A stretch of 55,128 bases of DNA, counting the filler, from Sphacelaria rigidula (Eukaryota): the NCBI GenBank assembly GCA_964200075.2. It is 5 parts of 5 records of this genome, joined end to end, with 100 filler letters (N's around TTAATTAATTAA, not from the genome) between each part and the next. Parts side by side here need not be neighbours in the genome. Positions count along the whole stretch, not along the records: positions 33,139 to 44,083 come from CAXNAA020005643.1; positions 44,184 to 55,128 come from CAXNAA020005644.1; 3 more parts are not named here. One strand, given 5' to 3'. The position numbers and the translations under genes were made by a program. Of the stretch, positions 36,619 through 50,900 are shown one piece after another. How positions within the stretch are numbered: position 1 is the first letter of the stretch; each line of letters opens with the position of its first letter. The notes under the pieces were generated by a model, which ran no database searches, had not been told where the DNA came from, and worked only from the letters and a program-made list of their open reading frames with translations.

Positions 36619-39600
36619 TCAAAAGGAAGCGTGTTGCTCGTCATGCTGCATGCCCCTCCCACCCCGTAAACTTCCTTGCGCAATCGTGTGGCGATAGCCC
36701 CCTCCGCCAGTCCCAGCCTGCATCTGACCAACACCCTGACCGAGCGATCGGTGGTGGTAGTAAGGCTCCATCCCAGCGGACGAATTCAAGGGGGACCGAG
36801 GGTCGTCAGCACGCATTCCTACATGATCACCGAATACATCCAGCGTTCCGCCATCTCCGCCACCTCTGCCATCGTGTCCGCCCGCATGACCGTCTCCAAT
36901 CCCATCGGCATTGGCTCGGCGGATGGAGTCCATGACACACACGGCTTCGGCTGCGGCCTTAGCCTCTGCTTCGCTCTCGTCCCCGCCCCTGTTGTCGGTA
37001 CCCTGCGACATGCTTTCTAGAGTTTCCCGCATGACGGACTGGAGCATCTCCAACGACGCTTGTTGCTCCAGGTGCTGCCGAATTGTTTTGGAAACGGTCA
37101 AAATTGTGGTAAGCTGGGCTACCGGCTGCGTGATCCCCATGACCACATGACTATACGTGCTGGTGTTGAGGCCGTGTGTCATAGAATTTGGCAGGACTCA
37201 TCCGCCATCAACAAAGTGACTCATAGGTACGGCTATCAACAACCGATAGCCGTGCCGTGCGCAAAGGCACGAATAAAATATATTGGCAAGACCGGGTGCA
37301 CTGCGGTCGCCTTCTCCAGGGTACACAACGTCTTACAGGGTACAGGGTAGGGAATGGTCTCAGGAACTGTCTCATGAATGGTTCCAGGAGGTGATGGAAC
37401 ACCACGCAGCAGCGCCAGCGGACACCCCCCGACACGATCATGAATCATCACTCGACAAAGGTGAGCTTGTCAGCCGTCCAAGCGGGCGCACTTGTTGCAT
37501 CATCAGCCACAGCCCCGACTCTCACCTTACGCTCTCCCGTAGGCTTGCCATCAGGAGCGATGTCCACAGTATCCAGAGTACCTCCTCCGTCCCCGCCACC
37601 CCCTTCCTCCAGAGCCCCGTTAGACGCCATGGAGTTCATGATGCTCGACAGCGAAGAGCGCCAATGCATCGGTATTTGCCGCAAATTATCGTGGAAGTCT
37701 GCTGGGTTTTCCTGTCCAGTGATTAGCGCAAGCACAACCACCAAACGGACGACAAAGTGCCCAAGAGGTCAACTACAGCTATAACACCACCCTCAATACC
37801 AGCAGTGAGTAATGCACTTGTCGGTATCTACAGCGCTGTGTAGCAATACGTACCAGGTCGATCCCCCTATCTAGTTATCATCACCTCTGGCCAATGACTT
37901 TGGGATCTCACAACATTTCAAATTATCATGCGGGGGTCGAGTACACAGTCATCTATAGTAAGTAGGTACAATATGGTACACTACCGTACAAGTCAGAGTC
38001 ACATGACACCGCAGAGAGCGGCTAACGAGGACAAGGCGGTTTCACGTACATCAAACGACATTTGGGAAGCGCCACCCCAGCTGAGGTATTGGGAAGTGCC
38101 GTGGTTCGAGTGGCAGTGCACGAGGGCCCCCTTGCCGCCATCTGGATTTGTGACAGGATCGCCATTCTCGTCTTCGAAGTCGAAGCCAAGGTGACCCAGC
38201 ACCTGTCGAGTAAGGGACCAACACGATGAAAAAAGAGTAGCATGTTGGGCATCGCGAAAACATTCACGTCCGACCGTTCGCAACGCTTCTTTATCCCAAT
38301 GCAACTAGGGCCCATCTCCGCAGAAGGCACAAAATGCCGTAAAATGTGAGGTACGCGATCGACGCATACATGGGAAAGCAAGAACTATGCGCGATGAAAT
38401 GCGCCTCAAAAACCCACTGGCATGCGGGTTTGACGCGACGTGTGAACGATTTCATGCGACCCTTCTCAAACTTACGGGTGTGGGTGGGATTTCGCACACA
38501 TGTGATGCGGCACACGGCGTTGTAAAGCGGTATGGTACAGTGCACGGCGCCGTACACCTACATCCTGCACCAACTTCGCACCTCCTTGCCCCCGTACTCT
38601 GGTATAGTCTTTACAAGGAGGTGCTGCAGCTGGGTCGTTACAAACGTCCACGCCTCTTCAAACTATGTCACAACCACTTCGCCAGGCGCACGGGAAGCGT
38701 CAAATCATTAATACCGCTGCCTACTAAACTATGCATAAGTTATGCAAATTCCTCGAACATGTGGACAGCACGTCAACTACATGTGAACACATTTGCGGCA
38801 GGAAGAACGCATATTTCATGCACCCAGGGGCAGAGACATCGCGAACTGTGCAATTGCGAACTATGCAAAGCAATCAATAAAACATGAGGGGGCTGGACAT
38901 TAATATGAAATATAGCCAAGACAATCCCAGACAATGTTAAGAGAGGGTTCATGAAAGTGCCATATTTCCTGACCCCTGCTTCGAAAACGAGAACTATGCG
39001 TAGATTTTCCAGTAGCATACAGTACAGCGATCGATATCCGCCGAAAAACTCCCGGACACGATGCGCCGCCTGTAAAACACAAGACGAGAGGGCATTCACG
39101 AGCAATGTGAGCGACGAGTCATGAGTCACCTTGGTGAGCGAGTTTCGCCAGCTATCAAACAGCGCGGGGTCGGTCTGATGCGTTCGCCCGCTCTCGAAGT
39201 CGTGCATACCGTCCGTCGCTCCCGACCCCGTAAGCAAACCAATAACCTCGTCCACAGAAGATCTGTGGGAAGATGGGCAAAAGCACGGCCACGAAAATAG
39301 TACAAAACATATGACGGTGAAGACACAAGACACAAGACACAAGACACAAGACACACCGAAGGCAGACAGCAGACAACACACAAGACAACGCTGGTGCTTC
39401 GGCAGTACGAAGACAGCAGCGCACCGTGGCAAGCAAAGAACCTCTTCGGCGGAGCAGTACGAGTTGACAACTTTGTACACATCTCAAAACACGCTTTCCG
39501 ACACAGAACCAAAGACGATGTCTACGCACCTCCGTCGCAACAGCTCTGCCGCCTCGGCAGCTGTTGGTCTTCGCGGGCTATTCCCAGACCCATCGCGGTG

Positions 39601-42600
39601 ATGGCCGGCACCAACTGGGCGTTCGTTACCAGCGGTCACCCTGGAGTCATCTCGATCGTCGCGTATAGGCTGGGTGTAGTGTGCGTTTTGGCGTCGGTGC
39701 GGGTGATGTTGCGCGCGATTTTCTTCGTGGCCAGCGCCTTGTTGCAGGTGCGGCGCTTGTCCCCGACGGTCGTAGTGAGTACCGCCGGGTCCCATGTCTC
39801 TCGTGTGCCGCGCGCCCTCCAGGCGGCTGCTGCTGTTTATTCCGGCGCCCCCGGCGAGATTGCCTCCTCTCACTGAGGGTCGCCCATTCGCCCCCGGTTC
39901 GCTGAGATCCAGCTGCGACAAATTCTCGCCGAGGGTGCTCACGCCGACACCGTTTCCGGAGGTCGCATGCGAATGCTGGGTGGAACCGTCTCCGGGTAGC
40001 ATCGGGTCTTGGCGACTGGTCTTCACCTTTTCCATCCTGCTCATGGCGTGCGCTGTCAACCCCAAGCCCCCCATCCCCCCCCCGGCACCGCCACTGGAAC
40101 CGCCGGAACTTTCACCACCTCCGCCACCAGAAGGCGAGGAGGATGGAGACTCTTCTTTTACGGCTGACACCCCTTCCGGCGATATCTCACCCGCTCTCCA
40201 CCCTGGCCCTGTTGTGCCCGAAGCTGACGAGTCTCGTCCGTGCCCATCGGCTTGCACGCTGCCGCCACCCGGCCCTTGTTGAGCCCCGCCCCCAGATAAG
40301 TTTTGACGATTCCGCCTGCCCCCTGAGAACCCACTGTACGCGGCGTTTACGGAAACTGGCGACACTGCAGCGAAAAATCCCTGTGCGGCGAAGTTATTCT
40401 TGCGGCTCCTGTGGCCCATTCCTGGCGGGTGGGCTGCGTCTTCGGCATCCATGGTACTCGTCTCTCCCAGATGCATCTGGTGCCCATGCCCACTGCCGCT
40501 GTCGCATCCGCCCGCAGACCCACCGCCCCCCGAGCTCCTGCCCAAACCCGCGGATCCGCTACCGCCGCCCCCAGTGACATTGTTGAAAGCATCCGGTCGC
40601 TCGGGTCGAGACGGAGTACTGTGTCGAGACACGAGCCGGCCCGGCGGGGCCGGCGGCACTTCGTCAGGCATGGCGTAAGAAACGGTGGCTACGGGAAGGT
40701 ACGGCACCCGCGTGTCGCCGGCTTCTCTACGGTCGAATCCTTCCAGCCCATCTGTGTCTCTTCGCGGGCTGCTGGCAAGGAAAGCCTGGGCATCGTCACC
40801 GCCGTCACCACTTTGGAAAGAAGGCCCCGTTCGCCGACTCTTGCGGGGACGGAGCGCGTCAAGGTCGTCTCTGGAATGCCTGTGCTGAAGCGGCCGCTGC
40901 CCACGAGCGCCGCCGCTTGAGCTGCCGTTGCTGCCGTACAAGTCCAAAGTGTGGTCCCAGCGACCTTGCTGCAGGTAGTAGCCGGCTGCCGCCTCGCGGC
41001 CGTAAGTTTCGGCCATGCTGACAGGAGGCTGCATGCCCATGATCTCCGGAAGGGTGGCCCGGGGGCTCAGTACCGACAGGTCATCTTGGCTACGACCGAA
41101 TGCCGGAAGACGATCTGGAGGCTGCAGAGTTTTGGAGAGGAAAAAAAAGTAATCAGAGTGGGGCATGGATGTGTACATGAGGCGTATGGAAGACGGACGA
41201 TAGCCGATGCCCCTCTAGATGGTGTTTGCGTGCGTTTACAGCATCAAAGCAAATTTCAACAAAGTCCCGAACTCATCACTCGTCACCACGTGTTGCGAGA
41301 CGGGAATACAAGCATGTCAGGCAAACGACGCGTACCTCCATGCTTATGGATCCATGTCGTCGGTGTCCATGCATCCGTCCACTACCGCCGATCGGAGACG
41401 ACTCGTGTGGGTCACCCAGCCGTCCCAGGGTAGCAGGCGGCATCTATTGCAAAGAAAGGAGCAACGAACAGTAGGATTGGATGAAAGTGGCTGCTCACTT
41501 CGGGTTTTCGAAAAAGCGACAAAGAGCAGACGATGACCTCAAATATGAGTAAAGCAGCCGCAAAACGGTGCTTCAGATGTTCAATCGCAGCCAACACGAC
41601 GGCACAGCTCCTTGTTGACACACGGCAACAACGTGTGCAGAGAGGTCGGGAAAATAAACCCGACCGATAGAACCGTAGTTGCAAATGGCGCACAAAGCTC
41701 ACAGGCAACGGACCCTAACCAGGAGACGTGAATCGCACACACCACCAGACTCCACCCAGTTGTGACATGAAGGTACAACATAAAAACGACAGCCAACCCG
41801 CACAGGCAATTCGTACCTCTCCTCCGCTTCCTTGCCCATTGATGTTCACGTGCATCCCATGCCCCCTCAGCCCCGATGTCAGCCCCGATGTTAGCACGTC
41901 CAGCGGAGGCAGGGGTCCGCCCACGCCATTCCAGTCCGTGTTCGTGCGTCTATTCCCCATGTGCCCATGCTGTCCCACCACGACAGATGCACTCCCAGAC
42001 CTCATGAGTACATGATCTGGTGGCTGGATCGAGCAGCCCTGACCGTCGGCGGCACCGGCGCCGCCACCCTGATAACCCCTCCCATCGCCCCCCAACTTTC
42101 CGTTCAGCACCCCCCGAGCACCATTTCCAGCTAGGGCGGACGAGGCTACACCCGCCGGGCCTCCCGATATGGATGCCAACATGCCGGGTGGTTGCGGGGA
42201 TCGGCCGACACTCGAAGACCGTGGGCCAATACCGCCGCCAGGACGGCACATGGTGTCGCCGTGCCTGGGGTGTGGCTGAGGTTCTGACTTGCGGCCACGT
42301 GGTGCGGTGCGGGAAGGCGTGCCGGCGGGCGTGGGCCCGGAAGAATCGCCTGGTTCTCCCATACCATGGCCGTGCACGTCGTGAGCGAATTCCGGGGGAA
42401 TCTGGCAAGAATCGGCGACGGAAGGCGTGCGTGCGTGCGCGCCCGGGGGGGGGGGATTAGGCGTTGGCGCAGCCATGGCATTGGTACAGCCAAGCTGAGC
42501 ACTATCCTGGTGTGCTTCCGGCGGGGTACTTGCACGGTACAGTACTGTCAATGCCTTTTATGAGATGAGCTATGGGTAAAAGCGGTCTCGGTCGGTCAAA

Positions 42601-43486
42601 CTTCACAGCATCATACCAGCGCTAGGTCACCAAGTGTCATCGAATGTAGTACAAGCGACCACGTGTGCCTTGCTAGTACCGTACAGTACCGTATCACGTG
42701 AAATATTCGACTCGCACGCCCACCCCGTGAGACCCGATGGCACACTCACATCAGGAAAGAAGCCTCTCCGGACTTGGCTGAGCTGTTCCGGCTTCCCCCT
42801 TTCAAAAAGGGGGTGCATGTAACCGCCTGCCTCATTTCCCCTGACTAGCTTACGGAAGCCGTACAGGTTTAATTGCCTCTGGAAGCTCGAGTACTTGTTC
42901 TCTGCGTGCCAAAACCAAAAACACGCAACACACATGCAGGCAAACACATGTACGCTAAATGATGAGACTCAGACTCAAACCAAAACGGAGCGGTGTGAAT
43001 TGGCGATTGGGATCGTACAAGCACCAGCTACAAAATACCGTTTCGAGGAGGAACTACAGGACGATGCAAGGCCTTGAGCACATCTCGCATGAAAGAGCTC
43101 AAAAGTTGAAAACAACGCGCATCGCCAGGTTCACACAGAATCCAACAGTCCACGACAGACAGTACAGCACCGTGGCGGAGAAGTGACGAGCCTTCGTGCT
43201 CCGCTCCGCCTACACAATCACTTTTGCAGAGCCAACAGTCAAGTGTAGAGTACAGTAAGAGTAAGCGGATGAACAACTCACGCTTGAAAAACCTGGGCAT
43301 GATGTCTCGACAGAACCTCTCGGAGTCGGTGATTCGGAAGGCCTTCCCCGAAGCTGACCATCCTATGATGGATGGATCTTCGGTTTTCAAAATCTGGAAC
43401 AGACCAAGCGCGAACGCTTGGCCCGAACCACGCTTGCCGAAACGCTGCTCCTGCTGCTGTGGGGTACCAGACACCGGGGTTCGTGG
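36619..43486 (-). CDS. HSF-type DNA-binding domain transcription factor (about 1280 codons seen; start exon missing)
   Basis: HSF domain FALGLFQIL..IIGWSASGKAFRI..IMPRFFKQNKYSSFQRQLNLYGFRK..YMHPLFERG over exons 43486-43282 and 42901-42750. Further phase-compatible GT-AG exons proposed at 42506-41817, 41443-41336, 41121-39530, 39262-39130, 39069-38974, 38662-38582, 38202-38050, 37711-37526 and 37074-36619. The HSF call is firm; the downstream exon chain is a manual model. Confidence 0.85.
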
Positions 43487-43619
43487 CTACCAACACACGA
43501 CGTGCGGAGAATAATGGGGAGCGGGAGAAACGTGCACGATGTCAGCAACAAATCTATGCGGTCTCGTGAACAGGATTGAAATGCGTATATCTACGGGACA
43601 TAGCATGGTGTCCAACGAA

Positions 43620-43864
43620 GAGTCATCCTATGATAGGGGGGGGTGTTTTGGGCCACTTCTGGAACGAAATTCCAAGGCAGATCGCCGCTGAAATCAGCAA
43701 CGGTTGCTCGAACGAGCTTGTTTGAGATAAATAACGCTCGTTCATACCGATTGACACCGTTTTGAACCAAATACAAGCGCACCGCGAGTGTGGCATCATC
43801 TGACACACTTATCAGCCTTTTTTTTTCGTGCGATCACATACCCCCCCCTATCGTTGGGGATGGT
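43620..43864. mobile_element. MITE family A copy
   Basis: TIRs gagtcatcctatgatagggggggg / cccccccctatcgt. Similar to the other two copies. Confidence 0.8.
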
Positions 43865-44083
43865 CGTTCCACGTCGTGTTTAAATGGTGAGACACCCATG
43901 AGGCAGTGTATAAACTATGGCTGTCCCGGGAAGTGGCGATACCAGAAAATGAAGCAGCTCATTGTAGGTCGTCATCCAAATGCAAGACAATCAGTAGGCT
44001 TCGGCTGAACAATCTTAGCAGGATGCAGCTCATTCTTCATGCGACTCGCCGAACACACCACGGCGCTTCAAGCTTGGTGATTG
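43855..44083. repeat. Second copy of the dispersed repeat at 32644-32873
   Basis: Shared ggtgagacacc..gaggcagtgta..gtcatccaaatgcaaga..gcaggatgcagctca..gcttggtgattg. Confidence 0.85.
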
Positions 44084-44183
44084 NNNNNNNNNNNNNNNNN
44101 NNNNNNNNNNNNNNNNNNNNNNNNNNNTTAATTAATTAANNNNNNNNNNNNNNNNNNNNNNNNNNNNNNNNNNNNNNNNNNNN
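44084..44183. other. Artificial contig linker
   Basis: N44-TTAATTAATTAA-N44. Confidence 0.98.
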
Positions 44184-47100
44184 AAAAATGGGCGGGGCAC
44201 AGCCATATTGGCGAGCGTTTGGCGTCTTGGCCGGCCCAGCTCGTATATGTCGATTTTTTGTTATGAAAATTTTGGCGACGAATAAATCTTGGGTTATTCT
44301 TTGTCGTGAGGTGGGTTGGTGAACAGGTCTTTTCTACTTGTGAACGTTTGTGGTGATAATTCTTGACTTTGTAATAAAAAAGCTGTCCGGTACCACCGTC
44401 GGTCAGGTTATCATCTCGAGGTTCCCGGCGACATGCAGGGCCACTTTGGTATCACAACACTGCGCTCCCGTAATGCGGTCTCGTCCCTGAGGGCGTGTCT
44501 TTGCAAGCAAACCATCGAAATCGAAAATCGAAAATATTGCGGTGGTTTTGGGAGTTGGCGGGGGGGACGGAGGATGATATCCGGCGAATGTCGTGCTCCT
44601 CCCCGAAGCGTTTCAAGTTATTCTCCAGCAAGTGGCAGGATACCAGCACCCCCACCTCGCCGACACCTCCCACCCAAGGACTCTAGCTCATCGGGATTGA
44701 GGTGCCCGAGCATGGTGGTTCATCGGCAGAAAGCTGCGCCTTTGGTGGGCGCAGGGGGGCTGATGAAGTAGTCTCGTCGGCAGTAACAGAAGAAAGACCC
44801 CCTCTCGCGATTTGCAGAGGGACATTTGACCAATCATGACTATCAAAATTGTCACTCTGCCCCCCTTCAGGCACTGTTGGTAGGCCCAGAAAATCCCTGG
44901 AAAAATACGTATTATTGTTGGTGTGTAAGGCGTTCTCTAACGCACGGGGAACCCGCACCTCTCTCCCCACAATAACGTAAAACACCTGGCCTGTCAGTCG
45001 ATGATGTTGTTCCGAAATAAAGCTGGAGGTCAAAGGGTCCAATTATCTGGGGGTACATATTATACCCTCTATTCCCCACCTGTAAATCCCACATCACGCT
45101 ACGCTCCATCCTCCACTGGAGTTTTCCCGCAGACGTTTGTTGCTCCCGACAACGTTGATACTGTTGTGCCTCGGGGGTGGTATCTAAAATTCCAATCCAC
45201 GGACATGCAAGGGAAGCAGAGGGAACACGGTAACATGGACAGAGAGACGCAAGGGCAACGTGCATTACTCTGTTATACCGGCTGCTGCAATTCTTGGAAT
45301 TCTTAACTTGCCCAGATATTATCATGTTTTTCATTTCCTGATAACGTTTTCGCTGCCGGCTCTGGACCCAAACCACGAAATTGACATCGAGATCACATTC
45401 GCTATCGCTGTCGCTATCGCTGTCGCTATCGCTGTCGATGTCGATGTCGATTTCGATTCATTCTTGTCAAGACATGCCCTAGGGTCAATTTTATCGCAAA
45501 AGTGCCTAGGACCTTCGATCGCAACGCGGTTGCGTCGTTTATCTGTGTGTCATTTTCGATGTACAGAAATTTCATCTCCTCACGGCGTCTTCTGTCATGA
45601 TTGAAGAGATGAGAGCAGTTGACTCACTCGAGCGCTCGCATATGGAAAATACGTCTGGCAATCTTGGCACCATGCTCGTACAGTACATCTATCAAACGAA
45701 CTGATGCCAATTCAACATGAAGCCTACCGTTCACCGACATGACCCGAGAAGATCTGAGGTCCGTTTGTCCCGGTGGGAGTTTATTCCGGAAAATTTCGAA
45801 AATAGTTGAAAGCTGCCTGATTCATGAGGGTCCTCAAGATTCAGATCTTTCATGGGCCGACACTACCAGGGGCCTCCAGCGTGAGCTCCAACCACTCGTT
45901 TTGGCTCAAATCGGCACCTACAACAACGCCGATTTGTAGAGCTCCGCAAACGCACACTGTACCTAGAACACTCGAAAGAGGAATTTCAAACTCGAGGCTC
46001 CAGGTTTATTTAAGAGCACTACGGTGCTCATTTTATCGAAAACCTGGAGTTTGAGATACCTTTTATGTCCCCACCTTATCCAAGGGTTCTTGGTATACAT
46101 CGGGTTGGGATTGGGGTCAGGGTCGGAGCTTTTAGGCTTGAAGAAAATTTGACCATGGATTCACGTATACCCCCAATCGCTGGTCCGCAGCCACAACGGA
46201 TCTAGGTTCTATGTGATATCTCGGACAAAAGCGGAAACCGGCCCATTTTTGCATCACCAGACAGATGGCTCACACAGTCACAATCGTCTAGGGCTTGCCC
46301 AGGGTGCTGCTGACCAGGTATGTTCTATTTTGCCTCAAATCTGCTATTAGACTTCCACGATCGCACACTTCACCTTCAGGGCACCCTCTGCACCTCCCAT
46401 TTGGGTTCGAATTTCTGTCGGGGTCAGTCTCAGGGTTGGACAGGAACGGAGTGAATCCAATTATGAACTTCTGCCGTTGAGTCCATTGAAAGCCACAAAA
46501 GTCCGCGTAAACCCCCCTGAAAAGAGATATCTTGAATTTAGTCGGAATCACTTTGGGTGAGCGCTTCGTCTTATTTCAAACTCGCCATGCATGAAGGGAC
46601 GAATCTGAAATGAGCAAGCCACCTAAACAGAAAAAAATAAAAGTTTTTGTGGCTCAACCTCTTCCCCCACTCTCACAGAACCGGGCACACAGCGTACACA
46701 CATCTCCACTCACAAGTCTCTTGTGGAAGGAATACGCAGGAAGGTGAGACGCGTGAGACGTTCATGTTTTGCCGCTGAATTGTGTACGTAGAGTTCACCT
46801 TTCACCGACGTCTTCGCCGCAGCTGTGTTGAGGAGTGGAACAAAGAGTCAAGCAAGATTCCGCCCACGGTAGATATGTGGGAACATGTGGAAACGGCCAG
46901 CCCGATCAACCAATGCGCCCCGATACTCCCGGTATGCGACCACACACGCAGTAGAGCGGGGCCGCGTTGTCGAAAACAAAGGTCACTGAGTGTAATGCTG
47001 TACTCCGAGGTTATCGACGCCGTGCCCAGCGAGTTTCTCTTTGCTCAGCGTGCGGTCAATGCCGCCGAAAGATCGCAAAAATGCGTATCATCTAGGACTT

Positions 47101-47943
47101 GGACCAACCAGGGGATCATCAGTACTTTTCTTCCGTTTGTCTTGACATTTGAACAGCGGTGGCTACTTCCCAACTTCCCGCATGATTCGGCCGAATCTCA
47201 TGCTTCGAAAACATGCGGGGTTGAGCTCTGCCAAATGTTTTTTTCCGTGTACTCGCGTATGCGCTGTTGGATGTGAGGGTGTGATGGGAATGGTGGTACT
47301 GGAAGCTCCCGCAGTAGATCGTACATTCTTGTCGCCAGTCCTTGCCTAGACGTGTCATGCAGAGCTCCCCATGTCGGTTTTTCGTGTTGCACGCTCATGG
47401 AGTCGCGCACGAGCCAACCTCAGTAATTCGCTACTTGTTCGTTCTCGCGTGTCAACCACGTACTACATGCATATCAACGCGTTTCTACGCACCATGTGCT
47501 GGCATCAGTACTCCTGTGCACGGGAGGCCTGCAATGTTGTCCGTGATTTCTTTCTTTCCACATGCAACAAGCGTGAATCTCGCGCGTTCACTAGAACGCG
47601 AGAAGGGCTCCACAATACAGGCGTACTCCCGTTCTTGGAGGGCGCGTATTACACAGAAAGTTATCCAAGATACTGTCGCCGATTCGAAAGAACGAAATAA
47701 TGTCAGATCCGTTGGCTTTCCGAAACAAGAGGCGACCTTCTGGCGCGATCGATCTTGAATGCGCCATTTCGAAATTTCGTACTCGGCGCGTCCCTTTGTG
47801 TCGTGGCCTGCCGCTCCCTACTTGCCACTACCGCTGTGCATGTCCTAGTTATCATGGTGTTGCCTCGTTTACGCGCTCGCTCGCGAAATAAATCGATTAT
47901 CTGTGCGTTCATTGTTTGCTGGTTCCCCCGTTGAAAAACAGTC

Positions 47944-50900
47944 ATGGCCTCGACGATGAGAATTGCCGTGATGGCATTGGCGACGTTGCATGTGGTCTGC
48001 GCCAGCGACAGTGCTTCCAGGGCGCTTCGGGGCGGTGCTGAGGTACAGATATCACGTTGGACTATCGTCCACGAGAGAGCAGATGACGACTGACCCCGTG
48101 TGTGATGTGTGATGCTTTTGTATCGCACCCTGCCGCTGGCATGGTGGGTCTTAATCTTGTTTCTCTCTGAGGGCAAATATGTCAAGTCGATTCAGCAGAT
48201 GGCCCTCTACGGCGGTCAAAGAATCAAGATACTGTACCCTATATTTAGTTGAGTTAGTTATTTGATTGGCGATATTTGGGGCCTTGAGTCTCGCCCGTAG
48301 TCGGACCCTTTGTTCATGTCTACCTGTCGCGCGTCGAGTTTGGAAAACCGAGTGCCACTCCCTGAAGTCCGAATGGGCACCTGCGGCACCGGATCTTCTG
48401 AGGTTTGCAGTATGTACTCCTTTCTTATTTATTCCTGTTTGCTTGTATCGCGTTTTGTGAGTTTTTTCACTCTGGATCTATTTTATTTTATTTTGGTTTC
48501 TTCTGCTAGCCTGTGACCACAGAAGGCGTCNNNNNNNNNNATGCCCAGTACCAATGTACCGCGCAGATATCGGAACGGTTTTTAATGTGAAGACAACAAC
48601 AACGATATGAGAGCAATGCTACGGTAGGGGTGCACTTTTCGCACAAAATTTTGTCTGGTTCAGGGGATCTTAACCATTCTTGACCGCACAAGAATATGGG
48701 TCAGGACATCCCCCTTTGCAAATTCATTCGGGACATCTCTAGTACATTGAAATAGTTATCTTGATGTACTCTGACAAATTCATGAGTCGTGTTTGGATGA
48801 TACAAAGAGCTCCTAGCAATTCTAACCCCTCAAAATATTTGTGTACCCCTATCGTAGCATCACCCGCAAGTGACTTGGCAACGTCTGCTGTCTGAAAGGG
48901 GAGGGAGTGGGAGGGGGGGGGGGGGGGTTGCCTTCGAGGAGTCGCGTGTCTCCAACCAACTAATAATCGTGCCATTAATTGTAGTTGTTGTCATCTGCAT
49001 GTCCGTCTTGCATCACTACCAATCGCTCGAATCACTGGACGTCATCCAGAACAGTAATCCACATGAAATCGGACACCCTGTGCAGGGTATCAATTGTTTG
49101 GAATCAGCTGACGCTTGTTGGACCAGCGACAATATAGCATGCATTTGGGATGTTTGGGAAGTCAGGTACGCGAGATTGTCAGGATCGTGATTCTTTGACA
49201 GTCACAAGTTCTGCGCACCCAGGGCATCGCTTGAACAGTGTTATCCTAGATCGACGATACGGCACAGGTGTATAGATGATCCTACTAAGCTGTTTTAGCA
49301 TAGAAAGAAGCGGTACGCTCACTGAAAAGTGCAGATGAGGCTCAGCCTGAGTTCCTCATTATCTAGTGCAAATGTTGATCATGGCCTACTGGTTTGGATC
49401 TAGCATAGTAGCCGTCGATGAGGCTGAGCACTGCCAAAATGTCCGTTTGATTACTCATCACAACGACGAATCTTCGAACAGGGCGCCACTGCACTGTTTC
49501 AATTCGAAATTTTGGTCTCGCCGTTTGTAGGAACCGTAACGGGGAAATCACATTACAAGGGCTCGAATGTATCGCGCAAATATCGGAACGGTTTTAACGT
49601 GAAGACAACAACAAGCACAACAACAACAACAACAACGATCGACAATTTGAAACCTGCGCAGCATCTTCCCGCCACATACACTGGGCAACGTGTTCGTAAT
49701 CCGTAATGAACCGGAGTCATTTATCAAGTAGTTTCTTCATCACACCTTTACCCCCCCCCCCCTCGGGACTCATCCATGATCCAAAGGCATTAGCCCACCT
49801 CCCCTCGTACTCGGTAAGGACGCCCCATTGACGCGTTGGATGAGACGCGTTGGATGAACACGAAGGCGTACCTGAATGCTCCAGAGTTTGGTAACTATCG
49901 ATTTCTCAAGAGTTGACTGTATCGAAATGTTGTAAATATGTCGACGATATCCCCTCAACACGTGCAGTATGCCGGTCGCTCCATTGGCTCAGTTGGTAAC
50001 CTCGAAACCTTCTGAAGGCTGAGCCGTGGGTCCGAATCTCGGTGCAATCACACGATCTTGATTTTTTTTTCACTCAAAACCCAACAATGGGGAGCATTTA
50101 TGTCGGGCACAAAAAAATCGACTTCATGGTCGACGAGGAAAAGGGACTGCTGAATCCCACTCGCGATAGAAAAAGGTAGGTGGCGCAGGAGGAAGGTGGA
50201 ATACCAAAAGAGCAAAGAAGGAGACTTCTGTGTTGGCGTTCCTCCTGTGTGACCCCGGCTGATTCACCCTCATACCGAAAGGTGAAGACTGGCGTCCAGA
50301 ATAGACGGGATGGCAACGCACATGAAACACATATATGCTGGTTGGCGTTTTGAGCGCCCGCATGAAGAAATAACCCTTGCGAGGTTCCACAGCAAATTAG
50401 CTGTGTGTAGCAGCCGCACGTTGTACGCAGAGAGCCGTGAAGGTGGGGTGTCAAGCCCGAACAACTCAACCACGCTCACCCCCATTAAGAATGTTCCATG
50501 ATTCTACTCGTATACCTTCATCTATTTCAAGCATTTTAGTGTACGTGACTGACCGTTGTCGTTGAGTATTGGTGTTTGGACGTTCACCCGCTCTTCCGCT
50601 CCTCCACCAATCGTCACGCGTCCTCCGATATGTTTATGGCACACCTCAACTAACGATCATTAGCGTGTCCTGTCAGAGGAGATGACGTGCGAAGGTGGCA
50701 TCCCCGGCATCCAGTCCAAAAACAGCTGTTGCATGCTAGAATGCGGACAGTGCGGTGGAACCGGATGCTCGAGTGCCGGTGGTCTTTCCGGTGCCGAGTG
50801 CTGCGAAAGTGGCGTCGAGGCATCAGGCCTGGTGTGCTCAGAAACGGAGCGGGCACCCTGCATCATTAAACCAGGCAAGCGACTGAACAACGAATGGACG

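Noticed and set aside
13723-43486. Functional cluster of RtcB, gltD, HSF and the retroelement
   Set aside because: They lie on different contigs joined artificially.
44452-45042. Candidate first exon of the HSF gene
   Set aside because: It lies across a linker on an unrelated contig.
49971-50050. tRNA gene
   Set aside because: A and B boxes are present, but there is no consistent acceptor or anticodon stem; better explained as a SINE head.
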